64,000 nt of DNA from Nitrososphaerota archaeon (GTDB lineage Archaea > Thermoproteota > Nitrososphaeria > Conexivisphaerales > UBA164): the NCBI GenBank assembly GCA_023381255.1, contig JAMCTX010000003.1, positions 392 through 64,391 of the forward strand, read 5' to 3'. How positions within the stretch are numbered: the stretch's first letter is position 1; each line of letters starts with the position of its first letter. The position numbers were made by a program, and so were the translations under genes. Shown in pieces: positions 1 to 8,775 of this stretch. A model generated the notes under the pieces. The model worked only from the letters and a program-made list of their open reading frames with translations, ran no database searches and was not told where the DNA came from.

Positions 1-2
1 TG

Positions 3-257
3 AACATACCTATTGTATCGGGGAAAGCCGGACTCCCACCAAAACTGGGCTCGCCAGTCCCAGAAAAGTCCGGTATGGCAGGAAGGGAAGTGCTGCTGGA
101 GCAGAGCTGCGGCTCGCATGACAGGCCAACAATTACGGGGATGCTGATTAGCGAGGACAGGGAATTCTACACAATCAGGGACGGGTTTCAGGTGCAGCTC
201 ACGTTGTCAAAGTCCAAGTGGAGGATAGTAGGATTGATCAAGGATGAGGTGTTCTAG
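3..257 (+). CDS. hypothetical protein, 5'-truncated by window edge
   Basis: Frame 3 is open from nt 3 to the TAG at 255-257, so the listed 75-257 ORF is only its Met-initiated tail. Overlaps the next ORF by 14 nt. No motif recognised. Confidence 0.3.
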   Translation, partial: NIPIVSGKAGLPPKLGSPVPEKSGMAGREVLLEQSCGSHDRPTITGMLISEDREFYTIRDGFQVQLTLSKSKWRIVGLIKDEVF

Positions 258-1035
258 GTTGCAGGAAGCGCAGGAAACCACTGGAATTGAGGAGCTCCTT
301 TCGCTTGCCAAGGAGCTAATTGCAAAGCACGGGAATAATGCAGGGGCAATAACCGCGCTCAAGAAGCTGGTTTCGGAGCAGTGCGACAGCAAAGTGATGT
401 ACGAGCTTGAGCACGGGGACTACGAAAGCGGGCAAAAGTTCGACGCCATATACGGGGAAAAGAGCACCTACGCCACTACAGTGATAATAGACAACCTCAA
501 GAGGAGGCTTCTGGAGCACGGATACACGGCCACCATCGCAGCGGAGGAAACATCTGAAGTTGGCAGGTACGACGTTGTCATAAGGTCAAACGGGAACGGG
601 AGCTGCTCAATATACAGCTCCGGGGCGGAAAAGGTCAGGCTTGAAATAAAGGCCGCGGAGGGGATGCCTCTGGAGCAGATAAGCAGGTACCTATTTGACA
701 GGTCGTCGCTTGTCGTGGTCAGGGTGCTTCTCGGGGATGTGTTTGTCCTTCGCTATGCCGATGTCAGGCAATACGTCAAGTTTTTGGTGGAGCTGGAGAC
801 CAGCAAGGTGAGGAGGCTGCTGGAGGGCAAGCCAGTCCTCGTTCCGGGATACCAGTGCTACGACTGTCCAAACACATCATGCACTTACAACAGGGTCAGG
901 GTCCGTTCAGTGCCGTTCATCAAGCCAAAGGACCTGGGCTGGGACCTGAGCGTATTCTTCAACAACCTGCCTGGCGTTTCTGAAAGGACGGCGGAGCTTG
1001 TGATAAAGGAGCTGGAGAGGCAGGATGGCGCTTAA
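244..1035 (+). CDS. putative PD-(D/E)xK nuclease, RecB/Cas4-like with four Cys
   Basis: Ordered motifs: N-terminal Cys (SEQCDS), GRYDVVI (D), RLEIKAA (ExK), EQISRY (QxxxY), C-terminal CYDCPNTSC (CxxCx4C). Stop overlaps the start of the downstream transposase ORF. Confidence 0.45.
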   Translation: MRCSRLQEAQETTGIEELLSLAKELIAKHGNNAGAITALKKLVSEQCDSKVMYELEHGDYESGQKFDAIYGEKSTYATTVIIDNLKRRLLEHGYTATIAAEETSEVGRYDVVIRSNGNGSCSIYSSGAEKVRLEIKAAEGMPLEQISRYLFDRSSLVVVRVLLGDVFVLRYADVRQYVKFLVELETSKVRRLLEGKPVLVPGYQCYDCPNTSCTYNRVRVRSVPFIKPKDLGWDLSVFFNNLPGVSERTAELVIKELERQDGA

Positions 1036-2104
1036 GAACAGGGAACAGCGGGGAATAGAGCTGCTAAGGGCTGGAGCAGTCAGCGAAATTTCCCAGTCGG
1101 AATACATAGTCAAGTCTCAGTCAGCTGACACAAAATACAGCGTAGCCTGGAAGGGCAACAGGTGGACTTGCACCTGTGAGGATTTTGTCAAAAGCGGGAA
1201 AAAGTGCAAGCACATTTACGCCGTGCTGTATTTCAAGACAATGAAGGGCGTTGTGCTTGAGCAGAATCACCCAGAAGGCGACGCCAAATGCCCGAGCTGC
1301 AGGTCAGCTGATGCCGTCGTGAAAAAAGGTTTCAGGTACGGCAAAGGCAATCCTGTGCAGGTGTATTTTTGCAAAAGCTGCGGAAGGAAGTTTTCAAGGC
1401 CGGGCGTTGACGAGAAGGCAGGTTATATTGTCATGAACGCTCTTGACCTTTATTTCAGGGGGCTCAGCCTGCGCCAGACCGCGGAGCACCTTGAATCTGC
1501 ATTCAGGGTGGAAGTATCCCCTTCAACGATCTTAAGGTGGATCAGGAAGTATACCGAAATAGCCGACGCTTACATGAACGGGGAAAGGGGGGAAGGAGAA
1601 AGATGGGGTGCCGACGAAACTGTGGTAAAGCTGAACGGCAGGAAGGTCCTGTTCTGGACGCTGCTTGACGAGGATAAGAGGTTCCTCATAGCCGTCAAAG
1701 TGTCGCAAAAGAGGGATGCCGTGGAAGCTGCTGAACTGTTCAGGGATGGACTTAAGACTGCTAAGCAGCCCATGGAGGTGGTAACAGACGGTACCCCCTT
1801 TTACCCAGAAGCTGTATCCGAGGTTCTGGGCGGAGAAGAGCTGGTACACATAAGCGGACCTGGCCTGACATCAATGGTAAACAACAACAAAGTGGAAAGG
1901 CTCAATGGCACGTTCAAGAAAAGGGTGCGCCCGATGGGGGCGTTCAGGAGCTATGAAACAGCAAGTGCATTTGCAAAGGACTTCAGGCTATACTACAATT
2001 ACATAAAGCCCCACCGTTACCTGAAAGGCATGACGCCAGCTCAGGCATCCGGATTCAGCAGGAGGAAACTTGGCTGGAAGGACTTGCTGCCGCACAATTA
2101 TTAA
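1025..2104 (+). CDS. IS6-family-like DDE transposase with N-terminal SWIM zinc finger and zinc ribbon
   Basis: SWIM CxCxnCxH (WTCTCEDFVKSGKKCKH). Zn ribbon CPSC...CKSC. IS6-type DDE signature WGADETVVK...VVTDGTPFYPEAV...NNNKVERLNGTFKKR. Confidence 0.75.
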   Translation: MALKNREQRGIELLRAGAVSEISQSEYIVKSQSADTKYSVAWKGNRWTCTCEDFVKSGKKCKHIYAVLYFKTMKGVVLEQNHPEGDAKCPSCRSADAVVKKGFRYGKGNPVQVYFCKSCGRKFSRPGVDEKAGYIVMNALDLYFRGLSLRQTAEHLESAFRVEVSPSTILRWIRKYTEIADAYMNGERGEGERWGADETVVKLNGRKVLFWTLLDEDKRFLIAVKVSQKRDAVEAAELFRDGLKTAKQPMEVVTDGTPFYPEAVSEVLGGEELVHISGPGLTSMVNNNKVERLNGTFKKRVRPMGAFRSYETASAFAKDFRLYYNYIKPHRYLKGMTPAQASGFSRRKLGWKDLLPHNY

Positions 2105-3230
2105 CAAAGTTTTCTAAAGTGACGGTCTTTTTCTGCCTTCCTTTTTGCCTTTCTGTGGGTATGGGTGCGTATATCTCTGCATTTTCAATCAGCTGCCCCC
2201 AGCTTTCAAATTTAACGCCAAATGCAGATTCCATGGGGTTTTTTCCGCCAATCGAGTCGAGCTCCATGAAAAAGTTGTAGTAAACGCGCACCAGGCTCAG
2301 AAATGTTTTGAAAATATCCAGCGAATAGGATTTATGCTTGTTCAGAGACTCACGTAATGTTCTGTTCAGGCGCTCTATCCTGTTTATGTGTGACATATCT
2401 TTCTTTTTGGATTTTGACCACAGCCTAACCCTGAATTTATCTTTTGCCACTTCGTATGCAGGCAGTCCGTCAGTTCTTAATATTTTTCCCTTGATTGTGG
2501 TGGTGTGTTTCTCAACAATTTTAAACACCTCAGTTATTGTGTTCTCATTTCTATCTTTGCTTACATAGGTTGCAATAATAACATATGTAACTGGATCGTA
2601 TACAACAAATGTCCACACGTGTGGCTTTTCCCTGCCATGGTCAACTGGGTCATCCTTTTTTAAAATTGGCTGGTACTGCTCACCCGCCTCCAACTCTGTA
2701 ATATCTATTCTGAGTTTTCCGCTGTTATATTCAAAATTATCTAGAAGTTGTGCAATGTACTTTAAGATAAATATGGCCTTTGATCTGGACAATTCAACCC
2801 CAGTGGATCCCTTTACATCCTTTATTGCCCTCCTTAAATTACCAGAGTTGATGAAAGATTTTAACAGCGTCTCAACAGCATCCCTATTATAATTATAAAA
2901 CAAATTGAAAACCGAAAATTTATGGCCCTTTTCGCACTCATAGATTTGTACTTTGCCATGTTTTGTTTTCCTAAAGCCTCGCAATTTTTTGATTTCTGCA
3001 TTGCAAATTTGGCCATTAGACAAAACAACAGTGCAATGAGGAGTTACATGCAGCAGGTCTCGAATTGGCACAAATTTTTTGTGTTTGCCATTAAGCCTCG
3101 AATTTTTAACTCTACCGTCGCCGGTTGAGCTGCAACTTAGAGGCCTCATTGCCCTGTTGCTCATCGGGGGCATGAACTCGAACAGGTTTGTTTGATTTTC
3201 GAGACCTAGCTCCATATTTATCGCCTCCAT
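2055..3230 (-). CDS. divergent IS6-like transposase homologue (first catalytic Asp apparently replaced)
   Basis: ILRTDGLPAYEVA and HINRIERLNRTLRE align to the IS6 D and E motifs. The position of ADET reads AGEQ. The 3' end overlaps the convergent transposase gene by 50 nt. Confidence 0.55.
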   Translation of the reverse strand: MEAINMELGLENQTNLFEFMPPMSNRAMRPLSCSSTGDGRVKNSRLNGKHKKFVPIRDLLHVTPHCTVVLSNGQICNAEIKKLRGFRKTKHGKVQIYECEKGHKFSVFNLFYNYNRDAVETLLKSFINSGNLRRAIKDVKGSTGVELSRSKAIFILKYIAQLLDNFEYNSGKLRIDITELEAGEQYQPILKKDDPVDHGREKPHVWTFVVYDPVTYVIIATYVSKDRNENTITEVFKIVEKHTTTIKGKILRTDGLPAYEVAKDKFRVRLWSKSKKKDMSHINRIERLNRTLRESLNKHKSYSLDIFKTFLSLVRVYYNFFMELDSIGGKNPMESAFGVKFESWGQLIENAEIYAPIPTERQKGRQKKTVTLENFVNNCAAASPSSQVSSC

Positions 3231-4000
3231 AAAATTATCGTGCCGTCGTTCTGTTGTTTAGATTCCCTGCTTAGAATTGCTAGCCATGTGCCTACCTTCG
3301 CCACATATTCTGCCGGCTCCATAAAGTCGGGTTCTGCGAGGATAACTGCCAGGAACAGGGAGTCCGCGGGCAGGACGTCCCTGGCCTTTTGCTTTAACGG
3401 TGTTAGATTGATTATATGCATAACATAGCTTCTTTACTTAGCTACATATCCGGATTTATGCCGAATTAATGCCCAAAAAACCCGAATCGTGCCGAATTTC
3501 CGGCTCAAAAACCCAAAATTACCTAAACATTTTTTAGTCACGCACCAACTTATCTTTGTAGCGCCATTCTCTGTTTTGGTGTTGCATATTATTATACTAT
3601 ACACAACCACGCCGAACTCAATGCCTCTAATTTAATCACTCCTATACCGCTAAACATTTGTTCTGTAACATTTTTTACTCTCTAAATTGTGCTGCATTGA
3701 ATAATACTCATAGAAGAGTCAAATCCCCCTGCGACTCGCGCCAATCTAGCCGCGGCAGTTTACACGGGGATGGTTTGGAGCTGGATTATTCAGCACAGCA
3801 TAAGGGAGCATGTTAGAGCACTTATGTCAAACGGTATAGTGTCTTTATTCATCGTCAACAATTACTCGCGGCAAGCTTTTTTGAGATTATAAATGCGTGA
3901 TCTTCAACGCCAGTTATTGAATGATGCCAATTGCCGCATAGTTGAAAAACTCAATTTAGCGTGAAAAATTTATAAATAATACGGCATATTAAATTTATTA

Positions 4001-5413
4001 TTGGAACCCGAGAATGTAGACGCAGATACCCAAGAAAGAATAATTAAAGTTTTGGCTGAAGATCCTGAAATAAAGCGCGCTGTCATAGCTCTTAAAATAG
4101 GCAGATCCGCCTCTACAGTATCATCAAATATTAAAAAAATGATAAAAAATGAAAGGATCTTTAAATATAAATACAAAAACGAAGATGGTGCTGTGCGAAA
4201 AATATATGTCCCATCTGAAGTTCTGGCTAAACCATTAGAAACTGGTACACTAAAAATCAATAACATGAAGATTTGGAGCGGCGGTCCTTGGATTTTTCTT
4301 CAAGTTGAATCTAAAGATGTATATGAAAAATGCGACATTACTTTAAATATTTCATCTAAAGGGGGCTACATAGGGAAACAGGTGTCATGGGAATGGGGGA
4401 AACCAACCCCAGAAAAGGAATCGTATACAAATGTAATTGAAGACATAAAGCTGATAGATATCAATTTAAAAAGGATAACGACAGGCGAAGGAAAATTTCT
4501 TCCGTTGAATACCCTTTTGTCAGGCAAATTTATAATAAATATTTCACTAAGTAAGTTAACAAGAGAAGGCATGACAGAATATAAATCAATAAACTACTAT
4601 GGCATTGAAGACGAAAAATTTTACACTTTAATTCCCATAGCTGAAACGGAAGAAGAGTTGAAAGGTATCTTAACTTCTGTTAAAGTTTTCAAAATACCCT
4701 ATGAATATCATTTCCTTAAAATTATTGCATCAAACGCTGATAATTTAAATATGCTAAGTTTAGCAGATCAACTAAAAAATGACATGCTGGAATATTTACA
4801 AGATAAAAAATATATAACAATAGACCCTTTCAAGTTAACAGATGAAGGTGAAAAACGTTTAGAAGAAGGGGAGAGACTTGATGTATTTAAAACCATAGAA
4901 ATAAATGCGGATTCGGTAAAAAAAATTGGCAGGGGCTGCCATAAGGACGTTAATCCCGTGCCTTCTTGGATAGCTAGCCTGAAAGCACCTTTTATTGCGG
5001 ATCTGGTGTATTTTATTAATTTTATGTGGCCTAATTCAAAATATAAAAAATATTACGAATTCCTGTACAGGGTCTTTTTTAATAGTTGCATCAACGCAAA
5101 TGTTTTAAAAGATGCCATGGAGAAATGGAGATATGTCCAAAAATGCAAGGAATTGTCTTTTGATTATAACTTGGCAGTTGACTTTGAACTATCAACGGAA
5201 ATAGCGAACAAGAATAAGGATTGGATTCAAATTATTAAAAAAAATCATTTCGATTCATTAAAAAAGGATGCACAGAAAGTTTCATCAAACACTTTTAGTG
5301 ATGCGCAGCTTCTTAAACTCGCTATATGGCTTAGTTTAAAAAATTATGCTATGGGAAATGTTGAACAGATGTCGATGGAATCATTAAATGAAGGTGTAAA
5401 CTGTTTAAAATAA
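4001..5413 (+). CDS. hypothetical protein with N-terminal and internal winged-helix-like segments
   Basis: Long AT-rich ORF with K/N/I-rich product. HTH-like IALKIGRSASTVSSNIKKMI near the N-terminus and a MarR-like stretch LEYLQDKKYITIDPFKLTDEGEKRLEEG. Start codon uncertain (TTG at 4001). Confidence 0.45.
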   Translation: MEPENVDADTQERIIKVLAEDPEIKRAVIALKIGRSASTVSSNIKKMIKNERIFKYKYKNEDGAVRKIYVPSEVLAKPLETGTLKINNMKIWSGGPWIFLQVESKDVYEKCDITLNISSKGGYIGKQVSWEWGKPTPEKESYTNVIEDIKLIDINLKRITTGEGKFLPLNTLLSGKFIINISLSKLTREGMTEYKSINYYGIEDEKFYTLIPIAETEEELKGILTSVKVFKIPYEYHFLKIIASNADNLNMLSLADQLKNDMLEYLQDKKYITIDPFKLTDEGEKRLEEGERLDVFKTIEINADSVKKIGRGCHKDVNPVPSWIASLKAPFIADLVYFINFMWPNSKYKKYYEFLYRVFFNSCINANVLKDAMEKWRYVQKCKELSFDYNLAVDFELSTEIANKNKDWIQIIKKNHFDSLKKDAQKVSSNTFSDAQLLKLAIWLSLKNYAMGNVEQMSMESLNEGVNCLK

Positions 5414-5472
5414 TTGGTAAGGAGACAAAATTCACATTAAAAAGTGCTCAAATATAGCTGCAACAGTAATTA

Positions 5473-6747
5473 TTACAATGGCCCCTTCACTATTGCTTCA
5501 TCATTGGGCAATGCTGCTACAAATTCGAACCCCTTTGAAAGATATGCCTTGATCTCCTCAACGGGTATAACAACCTGCCTGCTGGCAGAGGCCCCAAACA
5601 GCTTTTCCCTTATCATCTTCTGGATGTCCTTGTCATTCATGTTAGAGATGTCAAGTGCATCAATCTCTTCATCTGTGTACCCAGAGATCTTTAACAACTG
5701 CCTCTTTAGTTCTGCTTCAACCTGCGCCTGGTCGAGAGCCTCCTTCTTGAAAGTCTGCAGGAGGTCGCTGGACTTCCTGAAGCTCTCCCTCATTTCTTCA
5801 ATCAATTCCTCGGGCAGCCTGTGCTTGTTCGTTGTGTACCTGTTCTCTATGTCTCCTTTGTGCCCCATGAAGAACGACCTGTAATCCCTGAGCATGTACC
5901 CCCTGGATTCGGCTATCATGAGCTGGGTGTCAAAGTAAGACCTCAGAACATAGGGTCTCAAATTAAAGCCAGCGGTTTTTATTGCCTTCCTGACCATCCT
6001 GCTTATGTTTGTGGTTGTTATGTGGAACCCGCCATTTTCCCTGCCTGCATCCTTCTTCGCCATTATTACAGGCGTGTCTTTGCCTATACTTTCCCCCTCC
6101 CGCATCCTTGATTCCAGGTACTCGCTTACGTACTGGCAGCCCTCCTCCGTAAGGAATGTAAAAAACTCATGCCCTGCCTTGCTGAGGGAGCTCCTCACCC
6201 TGACAATTGCGGGAATTTTGCTGAACGTAACTTTCTGCGAATCGATCACGATCTCCGGCAGGTCTCCTACCTTAAGGCCGTCAGTCCCGTCATAGTTGCC
6301 AAGAACCTCCGGCCTCAACCCTGAATGAGCCATAAACACGCAAGCGGTGCGCTGCCTGAGGTCGGCAGAAAGAAATATCCTCCTCAGCTCCTCCCTTGTG
6401 GGCACCTTTTCCTCCTTAAGCGTAGGCGTTTCCTGCGCCCCCCTTATCTTTATTTTTCTGTTTACCTGAATGTCGTTGTACGAAAGCCAGGATTTTATTG
6501 CCTTTAATGAGGAGCTTATGTATCCACCAGCCTTTCCCTGCTTCTCCATTTCAGTTACCATGTCAAGCAGCAAATCGTATATCCGCTTTGATTCTAGCGA
6601 AGCAAGCTCCCTGGGGGTTATCTTGCTTGACCTGCAGAATGCAGCCAGCCTGCGCAGGTAAACATCAGCCGTTATTTTGGACCCCCTGGCAACGTTGTCG
6701 TGCCACCTCCTGACATTCTGGTCGTTAAGGAGTTCGCTTGAGCTCAT
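5473..6747 (-). CDS. tyrosine recombinase / integrase
   Basis: Catalytic-type motifs AHSGLRPEV (R), LRSYF (xxR), GHKGDIENRY (H...Y). Located next to the tRNA 3' end. Confidence 0.85.
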   Translation of the reverse strand: MSSSELLNDQNVRRWHDNVARGSKITADVYLRRLAAFCRSSKITPRELASLESKRIYDLLLDMVTEMEKQGKAGGYISSSLKAIKSWLSYNDIQVNRKIKIRGAQETPTLKEEKVPTREELRRIFLSADLRQRTACVFMAHSGLRPEVLGNYDGTDGLKVGDLPEIVIDSQKVTFSKIPAIVRVRSSLSKAGHEFFTFLTEEGCQYVSEYLESRMREGESIGKDTPVIMAKKDAGRENGGFHITTTNISRMVRKAIKTAGFNLRPYVLRSYFDTQLMIAESRGYMLRDYRSFFMGHKGDIENRYTTNKHRLPEELIEEMRESFRKSSDLLQTFKKEALDQAQVEAELKRQLLKISGYTDEEIDALDISNMNDKDIQKMIREKLFGASASRQVVIPVEEIKAYLSKGFEFVAALPNDEAIVKGPL

Positions 6748-6799
6748 TAATGCCGTTTAGGCATTAGCGGTATATATAGGTTTCGAATAATAATAAGAG

Positions 6800-6886
6800 C
6801 GGGCCCGGTGGGATTCGGACCCACGACCCTCGGGTTAAAAGCCCGATGCTTTAGGCCTAATGACTGCCTGCCTGAGCTACGGGCCC
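6800..6886 (-). tRNA. tRNA-Lys (anticodon UUU) with a 13-nt insert in the D-arm (candidate non-canonical intron)
   Basis: Hand fold: acceptor GGGCCCG/CGGGCCC, D-stem GCTC, anticodon arm TCGGG-CTTTTAA-CCCGA, T-arm GTGGG-TCCGAAT-CCCAC, discriminator G. It is 87 nt long and becomes 74 nt if TCATTAGGCCTAA (6851-6863) is removed, which also restores the GAGC D-stem strand. Confidence 0.75.
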
Positions 6887-6910
6887 GCTTTGAAAGTTTT
6901 CAAGTAGGAC

Positions 6911-6922
6911 ACATTTAACCTT
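6911..6922 (-). promoter_or_regulatory. candidate TATA box for the tRNA-Lys gene
   Basis: The minus strand reads GGTTAAATGT about 27-32 nt upstream of tRNA position 1. Confidence 0.35.
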
Positions 6923-7094
6923 GTCGGTTTTAATGATTCCTAAATGTGAGGGATAAGCCGCAATTTTCCAATGCTTATATGGTTTCCGTTTGATATGATT
7001 TTCTACCAGCTGTTTAGCATAGTTCATATTTAACATATATTTGTAGTAAATTTTCTTTAAGCTGATAAAAAATATATTGCACAAAAAATTCCAT

Positions 7095-7433
7095 TTAAAA
7101 TGTAATTACTTCGTACCCAGAATTGACAAAATGAGCCAGCCTTTCGCCTGTGGGCACAAGGTTAACTCCCATAGTGGTAAGCTGTTCCTTGATGTTTTTT
7201 GCATTAGCCACAGCTATGCATGCTGAATCTACGCTTCCAGAATCATGAAGGGTTTTGAAGTTGTCCAGATCCATACCTGTTATCTTTGTAAGGTGCTCTT
7301 CAGCAGGACCAAAAAAGAGCACTTTGAGGTCATCATATCTTTTATTGGTGACTGACCTTGCGGCTATCGTGAGACCAACTGAAAATCTCTCTGGGCAATC
7401 ATCTCCGGCAACTATAAAGAATAGTGTTTTCAT
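7095..7433 (-). CDS. DsrE/DsrF-like family protein
   Basis: About 112 aa starting MKTLFFIVAGDD, an alpha/beta DsrE-like pattern. An upstream in-frame extension to 7505 seems unlikely. Confidence 0.55.
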   Translation of the reverse strand: MKTLFFIVAGDDCPERFSVGLTIAARSVTNKRYDDLKVLFFGPAEEHLTKITGMDLDNFKTLHDSGSVDSACIAVANAKNIKEQLTTMGVNLVPTGERLAHFVNSGYEVITF

Positions 7434-7515
7434 TTCAAATAATTTAATGAAACTGGTTAAAAATGTTTTTATCTTTTTTTTGGAAATACATTGCAGTTTC
7501 AGCATGCATTGATCA

Positions 7516-8721
7516 TTAGCTCATGGCTTCTTTTATGCTGTTTTCGGTTAATTTGAAGAGCCTTTTTATAGTAGAGTACGTGGGAACCGATGAAATTGTA
7601 AGGAGGCCAGCTATAAGCAACAATATGATCGGAATAGGGAAAATTTGCGACAGTAAACCATAAACAACTGCCATGACAGGCGATGCACCGGCCATGAATA
7701 TGGTAGTCACCGAGTTAACGCGGCCCAGCACTTCATTAGGGATAATTTTAACTAAATATGACATTAGCGGTATATTTGTCAGTGAATTTACAGTTCCCAG
7801 CGGCACCATAACCAGGATGTCTCCATATGGGACCCGGCTTACAGACAGAACAAAGAATGACAGCCCAAAAAATGCTATGGCCGATGCAATAAATGTAGGG
7901 TTTTCTAGGCGTTTGCTTATCCTTACGCCAAGCAACCCGCCCATCAGTCCGCCAATGGAAAAACTGAGCACAAAAAGGGTGTAATATGAAGGGCCAACAT
8001 GCAGTACCTTGTAAAATAAGCCAGAGGCATAAACCTCAAGAGAAATAAATAATCCGTTAATCAGCAATCCAATCAGTAAAAATGGCAAGATCATTTTTAT
8101 TGCTTTAAATACATGTGAAAATCCGTATTTTATTTTGGGCTTTTTCATGCCATGCTCAATTCTGGGGATGCTGAAAATTACAGAAGCGGCACTCACCATT
8201 ACCACGAGAGGCACAAATTTGTCCGTAAGTAATATTATTGACATGCCTCCAAGCGCTATTCCAGCTATTTCTGAAATTCCCCTCCCGGCTTCGACAAGCG
8301 ACATTCCCCTGCCCATGGAAGATGAATTCACTGTATCTTTCATCAAGGTAAAAAAGGCATCAGAGGTTATGCTGGAAAAAACCGATGACGTCATGGCGGC
8401 CGCATATACCCACAGGAGCGCCTGCGAAAAAAATAATGATATATATACTGCCATGATAGCCAGGGAACTGATGAACATAACCATTTGCCTGGGAAACCTG
8501 TCAAGTATGTAGCCCTCCGGTAGCAGCACCAGCAAGTATCCTGCTAGGGAAAGCGTAGGTATGAGGCTGACCAGAAACACGGAATTATATTTTACCATCA
8601 GAATCCACATATAGTAAATGTAAAACATAATTGATGTAAGCCTGACGAGGTTGCGGCTCATAAAGAACCTTAAAAAGGAAGCTCCCAAATTGTTGTGCAT
8701 ATTATCATCCGGATTATACAT
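7516..8721 (-). CDS. MFS transporter
   Basis: Very hydrophobic 401-aa product with multiple TM-like segments. MFS motif-A-like loop GYILDRFPRQ. Confidence 0.7.
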   Translation of the reverse strand: MYNPDDNMHNNLGASFLRFFMSRNLVRLTSIMFYIYYMWILMVKYNSVFLVSLIPTLSLAGYLLVLLPEGYILDRFPRQMVMFISSLAIMAVYISLFFSQALLWVYAAAMTSSVFSSITSDAFFTLMKDTVNSSSMGRGMSLVEAGRGISEIAGIALGGMSIILLTDKFVPLVVMVSAASVIFSIPRIEHGMKKPKIKYGFSHVFKAIKMILPFLLIGLLINGLFISLEVYASGLFYKVLHVGPSYYTLFVLSFSIGGLMGGLLGVRISKRLENPTFIASAIAFFGLSFFVLSVSRVPYGDILVMVPLGTVNSLTNIPLMSYLVKIIPNEVLGRVNSVTTIFMAGASPVMAVVYGLLSQIFPIPIILLLIAGLLTISSVPTYSTIKRLFKLTENSIKEAMS

Positions 8722-8775
8722 GTAATTATCGCTTATACATAAGCTTTATTATTATATATAGTTTATCATTAAAAC

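Larger units (their letters stand above)
1..6799. mobile_element. tRNA-Lys-adjacent integrated mosaic island (left boundary not in window)
   Basis: The integrase gene sits 52 bp from the tRNA 3' end. The rest is only transposase, nuclease or orphan genes. Composition shifts strongly (GC-rich 1-2100, AT-rich 4000-5400). Confidence 0.5.

Noticed and set aside
75-257. 60-aa ORF as an independent gene
   Set aside because: The same frame is open back to nt 3, so it is more likely the tail of a gene truncated by the window edge.
3218-3421. 67-aa minus-strand ORF upstream of the IS6-like gene
   Set aside because: No motif, and it overlaps the transposase start by 13 nt. It may be a leader peptide or chance ORF. 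Not supportable as a gene.
6800-6845. Second att copy of the tRNA 3' half inside the island
   Set aside because: By eye no match of at least 12 nt to GGTGGGATTCGGACCCAC or its flanks was found in 1-6799. The boundary therefore remains undefined rather than being called.
6857-7084. 75-aa minus-strand ORF
   Set aside because: Its 3' part runs through the tRNA-Lys gene and its promoter. Product is low-complexity. Judged spurious.
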